From Actinomycetota bacterium (GTDB taxonomy: Bacteria; Actinomycetota; Acidimicrobiia; Acidimicrobiales; VFJN01), in assembly GCA_009886035.1 (NCBI GenBank), contig VFJN01000006.1:2263-66262 (forward strand): a stretch of DNA of 64,000 nt, read 5' to 3'. Positions within the stretch are counted from its first letter, which is position 1, and each line of letters begins with the position of its first letter. A program made the translations under genes and the position numbers. A model generated the notes under the pieces. The model searched no databases, was not told the DNA's origin, and worked only from the letters and a program-made list of their open reading frames with translations. Shown here in pieces: positions 35,819 through 44,995 of the stretch.

Positions 35819-37783
35819 ATGACGCCCACCCACCTGGAGCAACCGGATCGTCCCTGGATGATTCGCACGTACTCGGGTCACTCCACCGCCAAGGCCAGCA
35901 ATGAGTTGTATCGCTCCAACCTGGCCAAGGGGCAGACGGGTCTGTCGATCGCATTCGACCTCCCCACCCAGACCGGTTACGACCCCGACCATGTCCTGGC
36001 CAAGGGCGAGGTGGGCAAGGTGGGCGTTCCGGTCGTGCACTTGGGCCACATGGGCGAACTGCTCGACGGCATCCCTCAGGGCGAGATGAACACCTCCATG
36101 ACCATCAACGCGCCGGCGGCGTGGCTGCTGGGGCTGTACGTAGCCAACGCCGAGAATCACGGCGTGGCCAGTGAGGACCTTCGCGGCACGACACAGAACG
36201 ACATCGTCAAGGAATACCTCTCCCGGGGCACCTACATTTTTCCGCCGCTGCCGTCGCGTCGGCTGATCGTGGACATGATCGCGTTCTGTGCCGAGCGGGT
36301 GCCGCGATGGAACCCGATGAACGTGTGCAGCTATCACCTGCAGGAGGCGGGAGCGACTCCAGTGCAGGAACTGGCCTACTCGTTAGCCACTGCCATCGGG
36401 GTGCTCGACGCCGTGCGGGAATCGGGTCAGGTTGAGCCAGAGGCGTTCCCGCAGGTGTTTGCCACCATCAGTTTCTTCGTGAACAGCGGCATCCGCTTCG
36501 TGGAGGAGACGGCCAAGATGCGGGCGTTCACCCAGCTCTGGGATCGCATCGGTCTCGAGCGCTACGGCGTCACCGATCCCAAGGCCCGACGGTTCCGCTA
36601 TGGGGTGCAGGTGAACAGCCTCGGCCTCACTGAGGCCCAACCCGAGAATAACGTGCAGCGCATCGTCCTCGAAATGTTGGGAGTGACCTTGTCGCGCGGG
36701 GCGCGGGCGCGTTCGGTGCAGTTGCCGGCCTGGAACGAAGCCCTCGGTCTGCCCCGGCCGTGGGACCAGCAGTGGGCGTTGCGTATGCAGCAGGTCCTCG
36801 CCTACGAGACCGACCTCCTCGAGTATCCGGATCTGTTCGAGGGGTCGGTGGTGGTCGAGGCTCTCACCGCGGAATTAGCCGAAGCCGCCTGGGCCGAGTT
36901 GCAGGAGGTACTCGATCTGGGGGGCGCGTTCGGAGCGATCGAACAACTCAAGGGGCGGCTGGTCACCAGCCATGCCGAGCGCTTGCGCAAGATCGAGTCG
37001 GGTGATCTCACCGTGGTGGGCGTCAACCGCTTCACCGAAGCCATGCCGTCTCCGCTGGCCGGGGAGGGGTCCATTCTCAGGGTCGATCCCGACGTTGAGG
37101 CCCTCACGGTGGCGGGAGTGGTGCAGTGGCGGGCCCAACGAGACCACGATGCGGTGCAGCGGGCGCTCGACGAACTGCGGCGGGTGGCGATGTCGACGGA
37201 GAATGTGATGCCCGCCACCATTGATCTCGCTCACGTTGGGGGCACGACCGGGGAGTGGGCGGGCGTCCTGCGCGAGGTATTCGGAGAGTACCGAGCCCCC
37301 ACCGGAGTGGCCGCCGCCGCCGGGGCGGCGGGAGGCAGCGCCGGTCTTCGGGCCCTGGCCGAACGGGTGAAGGCCCTGCCGGGCGGACCACCCCGGCTTC
37401 TCGTGGCCAAGCCGGGTCTGGATGGACACAGCAACGGTGCCGAACAGATCGCCGTGGCGGCCCGTGACGCCGGGCTCGAGGTGATCTATCAGGGGATTCG
37501 GCTCACCCCCGAGCAGATCGCGTCGGTAGCGCTTGACGAGGATGTGGATGTGATCGGCCTCTCCATCCTCTCGGGCAGTCATCTCGACTTGGTGCCCGAG
37601 GTGGTGCGTCTCTGTCGCCAACGGGGGGTGACGGCGCCCGTGGTGGCCGGCGGGATCATCCCGGAGGAGGATCGGCCGCGCCTGCTGGCGGCGGATCTCG
37701 CGGCGGTCTACACCCCGAAGGATTTCAACCTCACCACCATCATGGGTGAGATCGTGGATCTCGCGGTGGCTCACCGGGGCTGA
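35819..37783 (+). CDS. B12-dependent acyl-CoA mutase, single-chain, ethylmalonyl-CoA mutase (MeaA/Ecm)-like
   Basis: RPWMIRTYSGHSTA...GQTGLSIAFDLPTQTGYD substrate domain fused to a C-terminal B12 domain with the DGHSNG (DxHxxG) motif. 654 aa. ccr is in the same window. Confidence 0.8.
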   Translation: MTPTHLEQPDRPWMIRTYSGHSTAKASNELYRSNLAKGQTGLSIAFDLPTQTGYDPDHVLAKGEVGKVGVPVVHLGHMGELLDGIPQGEMNTSMTINAPAAWLLGLYVANAENHGVASEDLRGTTQNDIVKEYLSRGTYIFPPLPSRRLIVDMIAFCAERVPRWNPMNVCSYHLQEAGATPVQELAYSLATAIGVLDAVRESGQVEPEAFPQVFATISFFVNSGIRFVEETAKMRAFTQLWDRIGLERYGVTDPKARRFRYGVQVNSLGLTEAQPENNVQRIVLEMLGVTLSRGARARSVQLPAWNEALGLPRPWDQQWALRMQQVLAYETDLLEYPDLFEGSVVVEALTAELAEAAWAELQEVLDLGGAFGAIEQLKGRLVTSHAERLRKIESGDLTVVGVNRFTEAMPSPLAGEGSILRVDPDVEALTVAGVVQWRAQRDHDAVQRALDELRRVAMSTENVMPATIDLAHVGGTTGEWAGVLREVFGEYRAPTGVAAAAGAAGGSAGLRALAERVKALPGGPPRLLVAKPGLDGHSNGAEQIAVAARDAGLEVIYQGIRLTPEQIASVALDEDVDVIGLSILSGSHLDLVPEVVRLCRQRGVTAPVVAGGIIPEEDRPRLLAADLAAVYTPKDFNLTTIMGEIVDLAVAHRG

Positions 37784-38915
37784 CCGAGCCGCCCGTTTCC
37801 TGGGGTTCGGGGGGAAGGGCCCACTCAGGTTCGTCGGCCCCGAGGGCGCGACCGGGCCAGCGGATGTGCCCGGGGGTGGCGGAGAGATGGGCCACGAGGC
37901 CCTGCATGGGTACGCCGTCGACCGTGACAATGGATTGGCGCGCCGCGAAGTGCGGGTCGTTGGCGATGTCGGCCATGTCATGGACGGGGGCGGCGGCGGC
38001 CTCGGCATCGTCGAAGGCGGCCAGTACCTCGTGGCGGGGACGGGTGGCACAGAACGCGCTCAGGCAGGCATCGATCTCCTCGCGGGCAGCAATCCGTCCG
38101 TTGAAGGTCTGCAGGTCGGTGCGGTCGCCCAAGCCGATGAGGGCCATGACCCGCGCCGCCACCGACTCGGCCGAGGTGGACACCGCGATCCAATGTCCAT
38201 CACCACAACGCCATGTGCCGCGGGGAACCGAGTACGGGATACCCGAGCCCAATCGGGGCTGCAGATAGCCCGAGGTGGCATAGGCGCCCGGCAGGGGGCC
38301 CATGCACTGGAACAGCGACTCCAGCAGGTTCACATCAACCACCTGGCCCACCCCGGACCACAGCGCGGTCATGGTGGCAAAGGCGCCCACCAGGGCGGTG
38401 ATCTCGTCGGTGAGGGCGATGGGGGGCAGCAGGGGGCCTCCGTCGGGTTCCCCGTTGAGGGCGGCGAAGCCCGACAGGGCCTCGGCGATGGTGGCGAAGC
38501 CGGCTCGGCGGGCGTAGGGACCGTCCTGTCCAAATCCGGTGACTCGTAGGATCACCAAGGCAGGGTTGCGGGCGAGGAGTACGTCGGGGCCGAGCCCGAG
38601 TCGTTCGAGCGTGCCCGGCCGAAAGTTTTCCACGAGGACATGGCCGTCTTCGACCAGGCGCAGGATGGTGGCCCGGCCTTCCGCCGTTTTGATATCCACC
38701 ACCGCGCAGCGTTTGTTGCGGGACACCATCTTCCAATACAACGAGGTGCCATCGGCGGGGTGCGGGAGCCCCATGTTGCGAGTGGTGTCGCCGCTCCCAG
38801 GGCGTTCGATCTTGAGGACGTCAGCCCCATAGTCGGCGAGGTAGCGGGCGGCACCGGGTGCGGCAATCACCGTGGCGAGATCGAGCACGCGGATCCCCGC
38901 GAGGGGACCGCTCAT
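37740..38915 (-). CDS. CaiB/BaiF family (class III) CoA-transferase
   Basis: MSGPLAGIRVLDLATVIAAPGA N-terminus. The 3' end overlaps the convergent mutase gene by 44 nt. Confidence 0.8.
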   Translation of the reverse strand: MSGPLAGIRVLDLATVIAAPGAARYLADYGADVLKIERPGSGDTTRNMGLPHPADGTSLYWKMVSRNKRCAVVDIKTAEGRATILRLVEDGHVLVENFRPGTLERLGLGPDVLLARNPALVILRVTGFGQDGPYARRAGFATIAEALSGFAALNGEPDGGPLLPPIALTDEITALVGAFATMTALWSGVGQVVDVNLLESLFQCMGPLPGAYATSGYLQPRLGSGIPYSVPRGTWRCGDGHWIAVSTSAESVAARVMALIGLGDRTDLQTFNGRIAAREEIDACLSAFCATRPRHEVLAAFDDAEAAAAPVHDMADIANDPHFAARQSIVTVDGVPMQGLVAHLSATPGHIRWPGRALGADEPEWALPPEPQETGGSVSPGEPPRDPRSHP

Positions 38916-38922
38916 CCCGGCA

Positions 38923-39930
38923 TCATCGGGTGGTAACGGCCATGGCAAAACAGCGATCCCGGAGGTGGCCGAGGGCGTAGTCGGCGTAGGCCCCGCCGTA
39001 CATGTGCCGAGTTTGCTCGGTCCACGCCAGGGCCTCAGGGCTGGAGATCCGGCGGTGCACCTGAAGGATGCCGCCCTCGAACACGCGATATTCGGCCCAG
39101 GTGCCGGGGTAGTCCTTTACGCAGGCCACCTCGGCCCAGGGCCGGTCGCCGGTGGTGGATATTCGGCGCACCCGATTTCGATGGGTGTGGCCGGCGAAGT
39201 AGCCGAGGATGCCGGGATGGCGAGCCACGGTGGCCACGAATTGTTCGGAGGGGTCGGGGAGGATTCCAAAATAGCTTTCCGGTCGCGCCGCGCTATCGGG
39301 GTTCCACACGTGGTGGTGGCCGAACACGAGCACCGGTCGGTCGGCGCTACCGGCGAGATCGTCTAGCCAGGCCAGTTGCGACGACGTGACCCGTCCCGGG
39401 GTGTGGCCGGGATCGGTGGTGTCGAGGACAGCGACGGTGACGCCCGGCAGGTCGACCCGCTGGGTGGCGGTGGCGGCGTACTGGCCGCCGTAGTAGCCGT
39501 CGTGGTTGCCGCGGACGTGCACCAGTCTTTCGCCGAAGGCCGGCTCGTAGGCCGCCCGGAAGGCGGCGTATTCCTCCAGCGTGCCCCGGGCGGTGAGGTC
39601 GCCCTTCACGATCACGAGATCGGGGTCGAGGCCCTTCATCTCCGCTATGGCGGCGCGATTCATCACCTCGGGATACGGATCAGCCCCCGGTTCAGAACTG
39701 AAGACCGGTCCCATGTCGAATCCCTCGATCACCCCGCAGGTGGTCTCCCCGAAGTGAACATCGTTGACGGTGGTAATGGTGGCGAGGCGCTCGCCAAGGC
39801 GGGGCAGGGTACGAAAGGCGAACCCGTCGATCTGATGATCGGTATCAGGAGCGAGGCCGTCGAATACCCGCGTCTCGGTGCCGTCGTGGATCACGGCCTC
39901 GTCGTCGGCCACGGTGGTGAGTTCGGCCAT
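38923..39930 (-). CDS. calcineurin-like metallophosphoesterase
   Basis: DVHFGE, GDL, GNHD, GHHH and GHTH motifs in the canonical order. Confidence 0.8.
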   Translation of the reverse strand: MAELTTVADDEAVIHDGTETRVFDGLAPDTDHQIDGFAFRTLPRLGERLATITTVNDVHFGETTCGVIEGFDMGPVFSSEPGADPYPEVMNRAAIAEMKGLDPDLVIVKGDLTARGTLEEYAAFRAAYEPAFGERLVHVRGNHDGYYGGQYAATATQRVDLPGVTVAVLDTTDPGHTPGRVTSSQLAWLDDLAGSADRPVLVFGHHHVWNPDSAARPESYFGILPDPSEQFVATVARHPGILGYFAGHTHRNRVRRISTTGDRPWAEVACVKDYPGTWAEYRVFEGGILQVHRRISSPEALAWTEQTRHMYGGAYADYALGHLRDRCFAMAVTTR

Positions 39931-40077
39931 CAGCGGGGGCGGCGTTGGTGGCCCGCTAGGCCTTAGTCACGACCGCCGTGGCGGTCTGGTCGTACCCGCA
40001 CTGGCTCCGAGGAGCCGGCGGCATGGAGAGGGAACTCACCGTCGCGAGGATAGGCAACTTCCTGGCCCGGAGGAGGA

Positions 40078-40254
40078 TCACCAGGGCCGAGCGCGGCGGA
40101 CGGGGATTGGCTTGGACCACCACCGGCCGGCGAAGCGCCAACGAGGCGACTCGATCCCGGGGGCCTGCGCCACCGCGGGTGGCGTCCACAAGACCTCCAT
40201 GGCCGCCGCGATGGCGGCCGCCTCTTCGTCGCTGGGGAGGGGAGTGATGTCCAT
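40078..40254 (-). CDS. acyl-CoA carboxylase epsilon subunit-like small protein (58 aa)
   Basis: ATG lies 8 nt after the carboxyltransferase stop. The sequence MDITPLPSDEEAAAIAAAMEVLW...PRWRFAGRWWSKP resembles AccE/PccE. Below the ORF-track length cut-off. Confidence 0.6.
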   Translation of the reverse strand: MDITPLPSDEEAAAIAAAMEVLWTPPAVAQAPGIESPRWRFAGRWWSKPIPVRRARPW

Positions 40255-40264
40255 CAGCGGGCCA

Positions 40265-41821
40265 TCACAGGGGAACGTTGCCGTGCTTGCGTTTAGGAAG
40301 TTCTTCGCGCTTGGAGCGCAGCAGTTCCAGGCCGGCGATGAGCTTGATGCGAGTGTGGGCGGGGTCGATCACGTCGTCGACAAACCCACGTTCCGCCGCC
40401 ACGTACGGGTTGCAGAACCGTTCGGTGTACTCCTCCACGAGTTCGGCCCGCTTGGCCACGGGATCCTCGGCGGCGGCGAGTTCCTTGCGGTACACAATCT
40501 CCACGGCGCCCTGCGGACCCATCACGGCCAACTCGGCACTCGGCCAGGCGAAGGCGAGGTCGGCGCCGATGGACTTCGAGTTCATCACCACATAGGCGCC
40601 CCCATAGGCCTTGCGGGTGATGACCTGGATGCGCGGCACGGTGGCTTCGCAGTACGCATAGAGGAGTTTGGCGCCGTGACGAATGATGCCGCCGTACTCC
40701 TGGTCGACCCCGGGGAGGAATCCGGGCACATCCACGAAGGTGATGAGGGGGATGTTGAAGGCATCGCAGGTGCGCACGAAGCGGGCCGCTTTCTCAGCGC
40801 TGTTGATGTCCAGTACGCCGGCTAGCACCATCGGCTGGTTGCCCACGATGCCTACGGGGTGGCCGTCGAGACGGGCGAAGCCACAGGTGATCGAACCCGC
40901 CCAGTGGGGGAAATACTCCACATAGTCGGCATCGTCCATCACGGCGCCGATCACGGATTTCATGTCGTAGGGGATGTTGGGACTCGCCGGCATCAGGTCG
41001 CGGAGTTCGGGAGTCTCCCGGTGCGGGTCGTCGGAGGGTGTGATCGCCGGCGGCACTTCGAGGTTGTTGGACGGGAGGAAACTGAGGAGGTAGCGCACCT
41101 CGTCGAGGACGATCTGTTCGGTGTCGCCGACGAAGGTGGCGACCCCCGATTTCGAGGCGTGTGACATGGCACCCCCGAGTTCCTCGAGAGTCACTTCTTC
41201 GCCGGTCACCGTCTTCACCACCTCCGGGCCGGTGATGAACATGTGCGAGTGCTCTTTCACCATGAAGATGAAGTCGGTCATGGCCGGGGAGTACACCGCA
41301 CCGCCGGCGCAGGGACCGAGGATCACACTGATCTGAGGGATCACTCCCGACGCCTGCACGTTGCGGTGGAAGATGCCGCCGTAACTCGCCAGGGAGACGG
41401 GACCTTCCTGGATGCGGGCCCCGGCGCCGTCGTTCAATCCGATGAGGGGGGCACCCACCTTGATGGCGAGGTCCATGACTTTGTGGATCTTTTCAGCGAA
41501 CACTTCACCTAGCGCGCCACCGAAGACGGTGAAGTCTTGGCTGAAGAGAAACACTTTGCGGCCGTGGATCGTGCCCCAACCAGTGACCACGCCGTCGGTG
41601 TAGGGACGCTCCAGCAGACCGCTGTCGTGAGCGCGGTGCCGGGCCAGCATGTCGAGTTCATGGAACGAGCCGGGGTCGAGCAGGAACTCGATCCGCTCTC
41701 GGGCGAGCATCTTGCCCTTGCTGTGCTGGCGGTCGATGGAGCGATCGGATCCGGCGTGCAACGCCTGCTCCTTGCGCTCGGCCAAATCGGAAAGACGCTC
41801 GCTCATCGTGTGCTCGGTCAC
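40265..41821 (-). CDS. acyl-CoA carboxylase carboxyltransferase (beta) subunit, propionyl-CoA carboxylase-type
   Basis: 518 aa with typical AccD5/PccB sequence throughout (GGARIQEG, two crotonase-like halves). Confidence 0.9.
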   Translation of the reverse strand: MTEHTMSERLSDLAERKEQALHAGSDRSIDRQHSKGKMLARERIEFLLDPGSFHELDMLARHRAHDSGLLERPYTDGVVTGWGTIHGRKVFLFSQDFTVFGGALGEVFAEKIHKVMDLAIKVGAPLIGLNDGAGARIQEGPVSLASYGGIFHRNVQASGVIPQISVILGPCAGGAVYSPAMTDFIFMVKEHSHMFITGPEVVKTVTGEEVTLEELGGAMSHASKSGVATFVGDTEQIVLDEVRYLLSFLPSNNLEVPPAITPSDDPHRETPELRDLMPASPNIPYDMKSVIGAVMDDADYVEYFPHWAGSITCGFARLDGHPVGIVGNQPMVLAGVLDINSAEKAARFVRTCDAFNIPLITFVDVPGFLPGVDQEYGGIIRHGAKLLYAYCEATVPRIQVITRKAYGGAYVVMNSKSIGADLAFAWPSAELAVMGPQGAVEIVYRKELAAAEDPVAKRAELVEEYTERFCNPYVAAERGFVDDVIDPAHTRIKLIAGLELLRSKREELPKRKHGNVPL

Positions 41822-41945
41822 CCCTGCACGGTAGCGGCGGGCCAGCGGCGGCGGAAACTATGTCGTTGATCCGAGCCTTCTAACGATTGATGATTAGATT
41901 TCGGCACGAGATATTTCCGGACGCGCCGAACGAGGAGACGCGGAA

Positions 41946-43637
41946 ATGCATGAACTGGTGATCCGGGGGGGAAGCGTCGTGGATGGCACCGGTGCTCCGG
42001 CCATCACGGCCGATATCGCGGTGACGGATGGCCTCATCACCGAGATTGGGCGGGTGGATGGTGGCGGCCAGCGCGAATTGGCCGCCGATGGCCTCGTCGT
42101 GGCGCCGGGGTGGGTGGACATCCATACGCATTACGACGGTCAGGTGACCTGGGATCCCGAGCTCACTCCGAGCAGCTGGCACGGAGTGACCACCGTGGTG
42201 ATGGGCAACTGTGGGGTGGGGTTCGCTCCCGTGCGGCCAGACGGAAAAGGTTTCCTTATCGAAGTGATGGAAGGGGTGGAGGACATCCCGGGTACGGCCC
42301 TGCACGAGGGCATCGACTGGGACTGGGAGAGTTTCCCCGAATACCTCGACGCGCTGGAGAAGACGCCCCGCACCGTCGACGTGGCCGCCCAGGTCCCCCA
42401 TGCGGCCCTGCGGGCCTACGTCATGGGGGAGCGGGCCCACGAGCAGGACGCCACGGCCGAGGACATCGTGGCCATGGCCGAGCTTGCCGAACAGGGCCTG
42501 CGGGCCGGGGCGTGCGGCGTGAGTACCAGTCGCACCATCCTGCATCGCTCGAAGCACGGCCTTGTGCCCGGCACCGAGGCTCTGCCCGTCGAACTGTTGG
42601 GGCTAGCCGAAGCGATTGCCCGCGCTGGCCACGGCGTGTTCCAACTGGTGTCGGATCACCAGGGCGGTGCCGGTGACCGGGACTGGCTGGTGGATCTGGT
42701 GGATCGCACCGGGGTGAAGGCCACCTACACCCTGGCTCAGGCGCCCTACGCCCCGGATCGCTGGCGCGACGCCCTGGCCGCTACCGATGTGGATCTGCGG
42801 GCCGGTCGGCGAATCACCCCGCAGGTGGCCTGTCGCCCCACCGGGATGCTTTTCGGTCTCCAATCCTCGCTCCACCCCTTCTCCACTCATCCCAGCTACC
42901 GGGCGGTGCAACGCCTCTCCCTGGCCGAGCGGGTGGCGTACCTCGCCCGGCCTGAGGTGCGAGCCGCGCTGGTGGCCGAGGAGCCCGCCACCGATAACGT
43001 CATCGCCCTCGCCCTAATGCAGCGCTGGGACCAGATCTTCCCGTTGGGTGACCCGCCGGACTACGAGCCGCCCCGTTCGGCCAGTGTGGCCGGGGTGGCG
43101 GAACGGGAGCGTCGTGACCCCCAGGAGGTCGCGCTCGACTGGCTCTTGGAGCGTGAGGGCACCGCTTTGCTGTTCGCTCCGCTGGCCACCTACATGGACC
43201 ACGACCACGAGGTGGTGCGGGAGATGATGACCCACCCCAATACCGTGCTTGGCCTCTCCGACGGAGGCGCCCACTGCGGGCTCATCTGCGACGTAAGTAT
43301 GCCCACCTATCTCCTCACCCATTGGGTGAACGGGCGTGAGCGCGGACCCCGCATCGGGTTGGAGCACGCCATCAGCCTCCAGACGTCGCGTACCGCCGCC
43401 GCCTATGGCTTCACCGACCGGGGGGTACTCAGTCCGGGGATGCGGGCCGATATCAACTTGATCGATCTGGAGGGCATGCACTTGCGGGCCCCGGAAATGG
43501 TGTTCGACCTGCCGGCGGGCGGCCGGCGCCTCATTCAGAAAGCCGACGGCTACGTGGCCACCTTGCTGGCTGGGCAGGTCACGATGGAACACGGCGAAAT
43601 GACCGGCACGCGCTCGGGGGGCCTCGTTCGCCTCTGA
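41946..43637 (+). CDS. N-acyl-D-amino-acid deacylase family amidohydrolase
   Basis: [16 protein letters not shown]...[11 protein letters not shown] metal-binding N-terminus. 563 aa. Confidence 0.75.
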   Translation: MHELVIRGGSVVDGTGAPAITADIAVTDGLITEIGRVDGGGQRELAADGLVVAPGWVDIHTHYDGQVTWDPELTPSSWHGVTTVVMGNCGVGFAPVRPDGKGFLIEVMEGVEDIPGTALHEGIDWDWESFPEYLDALEKTPRTVDVAAQVPHAALRAYVMGERAHEQDATAEDIVAMAELAEQGLRAGACGVSTSRTILHRSKHGLVPGTEALPVELLGLAEAIARAGHGVFQLVSDHQGGAGDRDWLVDLVDRTGVKATYTLAQAPYAPDRWRDALAATDVDLRAGRRITPQVACRPTGMLFGLQSSLHPFSTHPSYRAVQRLSLAERVAYLARPEVRAALVAEEPATDNVIALALMQRWDQIFPLGDPPDYEPPRSASVAGVAERERRDPQEVALDWLLEREGTALLFAPLATYMDHDHEVVREMMTHPNTVLGLSDGGAHCGLICDVSMPTYLLTHWVNGRERGPRIGLEHAISLQTSRTAAAYGFTDRGVLSPGMRADINLIDLEGMHLRAPEMVFDLPAGGRRLIQKADGYVATLLAGQVTMEHGEMTGTRSGGLVRL

Positions 43638-43708
43638 GCGAGCGGTGGCGCCGACGGGGGGCAACCCCCGGCGACGGGTGGCGACGATCGGGGGGCCGGG
43701 CGGCTCCG

Positions 43709-44932
43709 TCAGCTCTTGGGCAGGTCGCGCCAGGGCTGTCCTTTGAGGGGGTCGGGCTCTCGCGGCAAGCCCAGCACCCGCTCACCGAGGATGTTGCGCT
43801 GGATATTCTCGGTGCCGCCGCCGATCCGACTCGACCACTGGAAGAGGAAGACGTCCTGCCAGAAGCCGGCGTCGGGGGCATCGTCGTGCCACAGGGTCCC
43901 GGTGGCTCCCATGATCGACATCACCACTGAGCCGGTCTGTTCCACCTGATAACTGTTCAGGAGTTTCAGGACCGAAGCCTCCGGCCCGGGCGGTACTCCC
44001 TGGGCCACCGCGGTGCGGACGCGGTAGACGAGCCACCGCTGAATCATTTCCCGCGTGGCGAGGCGGGCGAGTTCCTGGCGCAGCACCAGGTCGTCGTTCA
44101 CGGCAAAGAGGCGGGCCAACGCCACGATGTCGCGCCATCCCGTCTGGCCACCGCCGCCGATGGAGGTACGTTCGGCGGTGAGGGTGGTCATGGCCACCCG
44201 CCACCCGTCGCCCACATCGCCCACCACGTTGGCCTGGGGCACCCGCACGGCGTCGAGGAACACCTCATTGAAGTGGATGGCCCCGTCGATCTGGCGCAAT
44301 GGACGCACCGTCACCCCCGGCGCGTGCATGTCCACCACGAAGTAGGTGATGCCTGCGTGTTTGGAGACGTCAGGGTCGGTGCGGGCGAGACAGATGCCCC
44401 AATCGGAACTATGGGCGGAGGATGTCCACACCTTCTGGCCCGTGATGACCCACTCGTCGCCGTCGCGCTCCGCTCTGGTGCTGAGCGAGGCCAGATCGGA
44501 CCCCGACCCGGGTTCGCTGAAGAGTTGGCACCACACTTCCTCGCCCCGCAGCATCGGTGGGAGGAACCGCTGCTGCTGCTCGGCGCTGCCGTGGGTCATG
44601 AGGGTGGGCCCGGCCATGTCGATACCTACGACAAAGAAGTTGGCGGCCACGTCGAAGCGGGCCTCCTCCTCGGATACAACGCCCGCCTCGATGCCCGACC
44701 GCCCTTGCCCGCCGTAGTGGCGTGGCCAATGGGGTGCTGCCCACCCGGCGTCGAACTTTTGTCGTTGCCAGGCCTTGGCCATCTGGAGTTGCGCAATGTC
44801 GGCGTCGTCGGTCTTGGCCCGAAAGGCTTTCCAGTGGCCGTCGCCCTCGCCCCGGATCTTGGCCACCGATTCGAACCAGGCGCGGGCCTCGGCTCGAACG
44901 GCCGCTTCGGCCGGGGTGTCGTCAACGTCCAC
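43709..44932 (-). CDS. acyl-CoA dehydrogenase
   Basis: ACAD N-terminal, middle and C-terminal domain pattern. C-terminal GGTENIQRNILGERVLGLP. Confidence 0.85.
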   Translation of the reverse strand: MDVDDTPAEAAVRAEARAWFESVAKIRGEGDGHWKAFRAKTDDADIAQLQMAKAWQRQKFDAGWAAPHWPRHYGGQGRSGIEAGVVSEEEARFDVAANFFVVGIDMAGPTLMTHGSAEQQQRFLPPMLRGEEVWCQLFSEPGSGSDLASLSTRAERDGDEWVITGQKVWTSSAHSSDWGICLARTDPDVSKHAGITYFVVDMHAPGVTVRPLRQIDGAIHFNEVFLDAVRVPQANVVGDVGDGWRVAMTTLTAERTSIGGGGQTGWRDIVALARLFAVNDDLVLRQELARLATREMIQRWLVYRVRTAVAQGVPPGPEASVLKLLNSYQVEQTGSVVMSIMGATGTLWHDDAPDAGFWQDVFLFQWSSRIGGGTENIQRNILGERVLGLPREPDPLKGQPWRDLPKS

Positions 44933-44995
44933 TAGAACAGGTTCTAGTTCGGGGGAGAGCCCATCGTCGATCTGGCCCCGCCCGGGCGAGCGGCC

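Noticed and set aside
39956-40247. 77-aa (-) and 89-aa (+) ORFs in the gap after the carboxyltransferase gene
   Set aside because: Both are Arg/Pro-rich with no SD. A third frame gives a 58-aa AccE-like peptide that starts right after the accD stop, and that frame is preferred.
41881-41900. AT-richer partial palindrome CTAACGATTGATGATTAG upstream of the D-aminoacylase gene
   Set aside because: Only 12 of 18 positions are symmetric, which is not distinguishable from chance.
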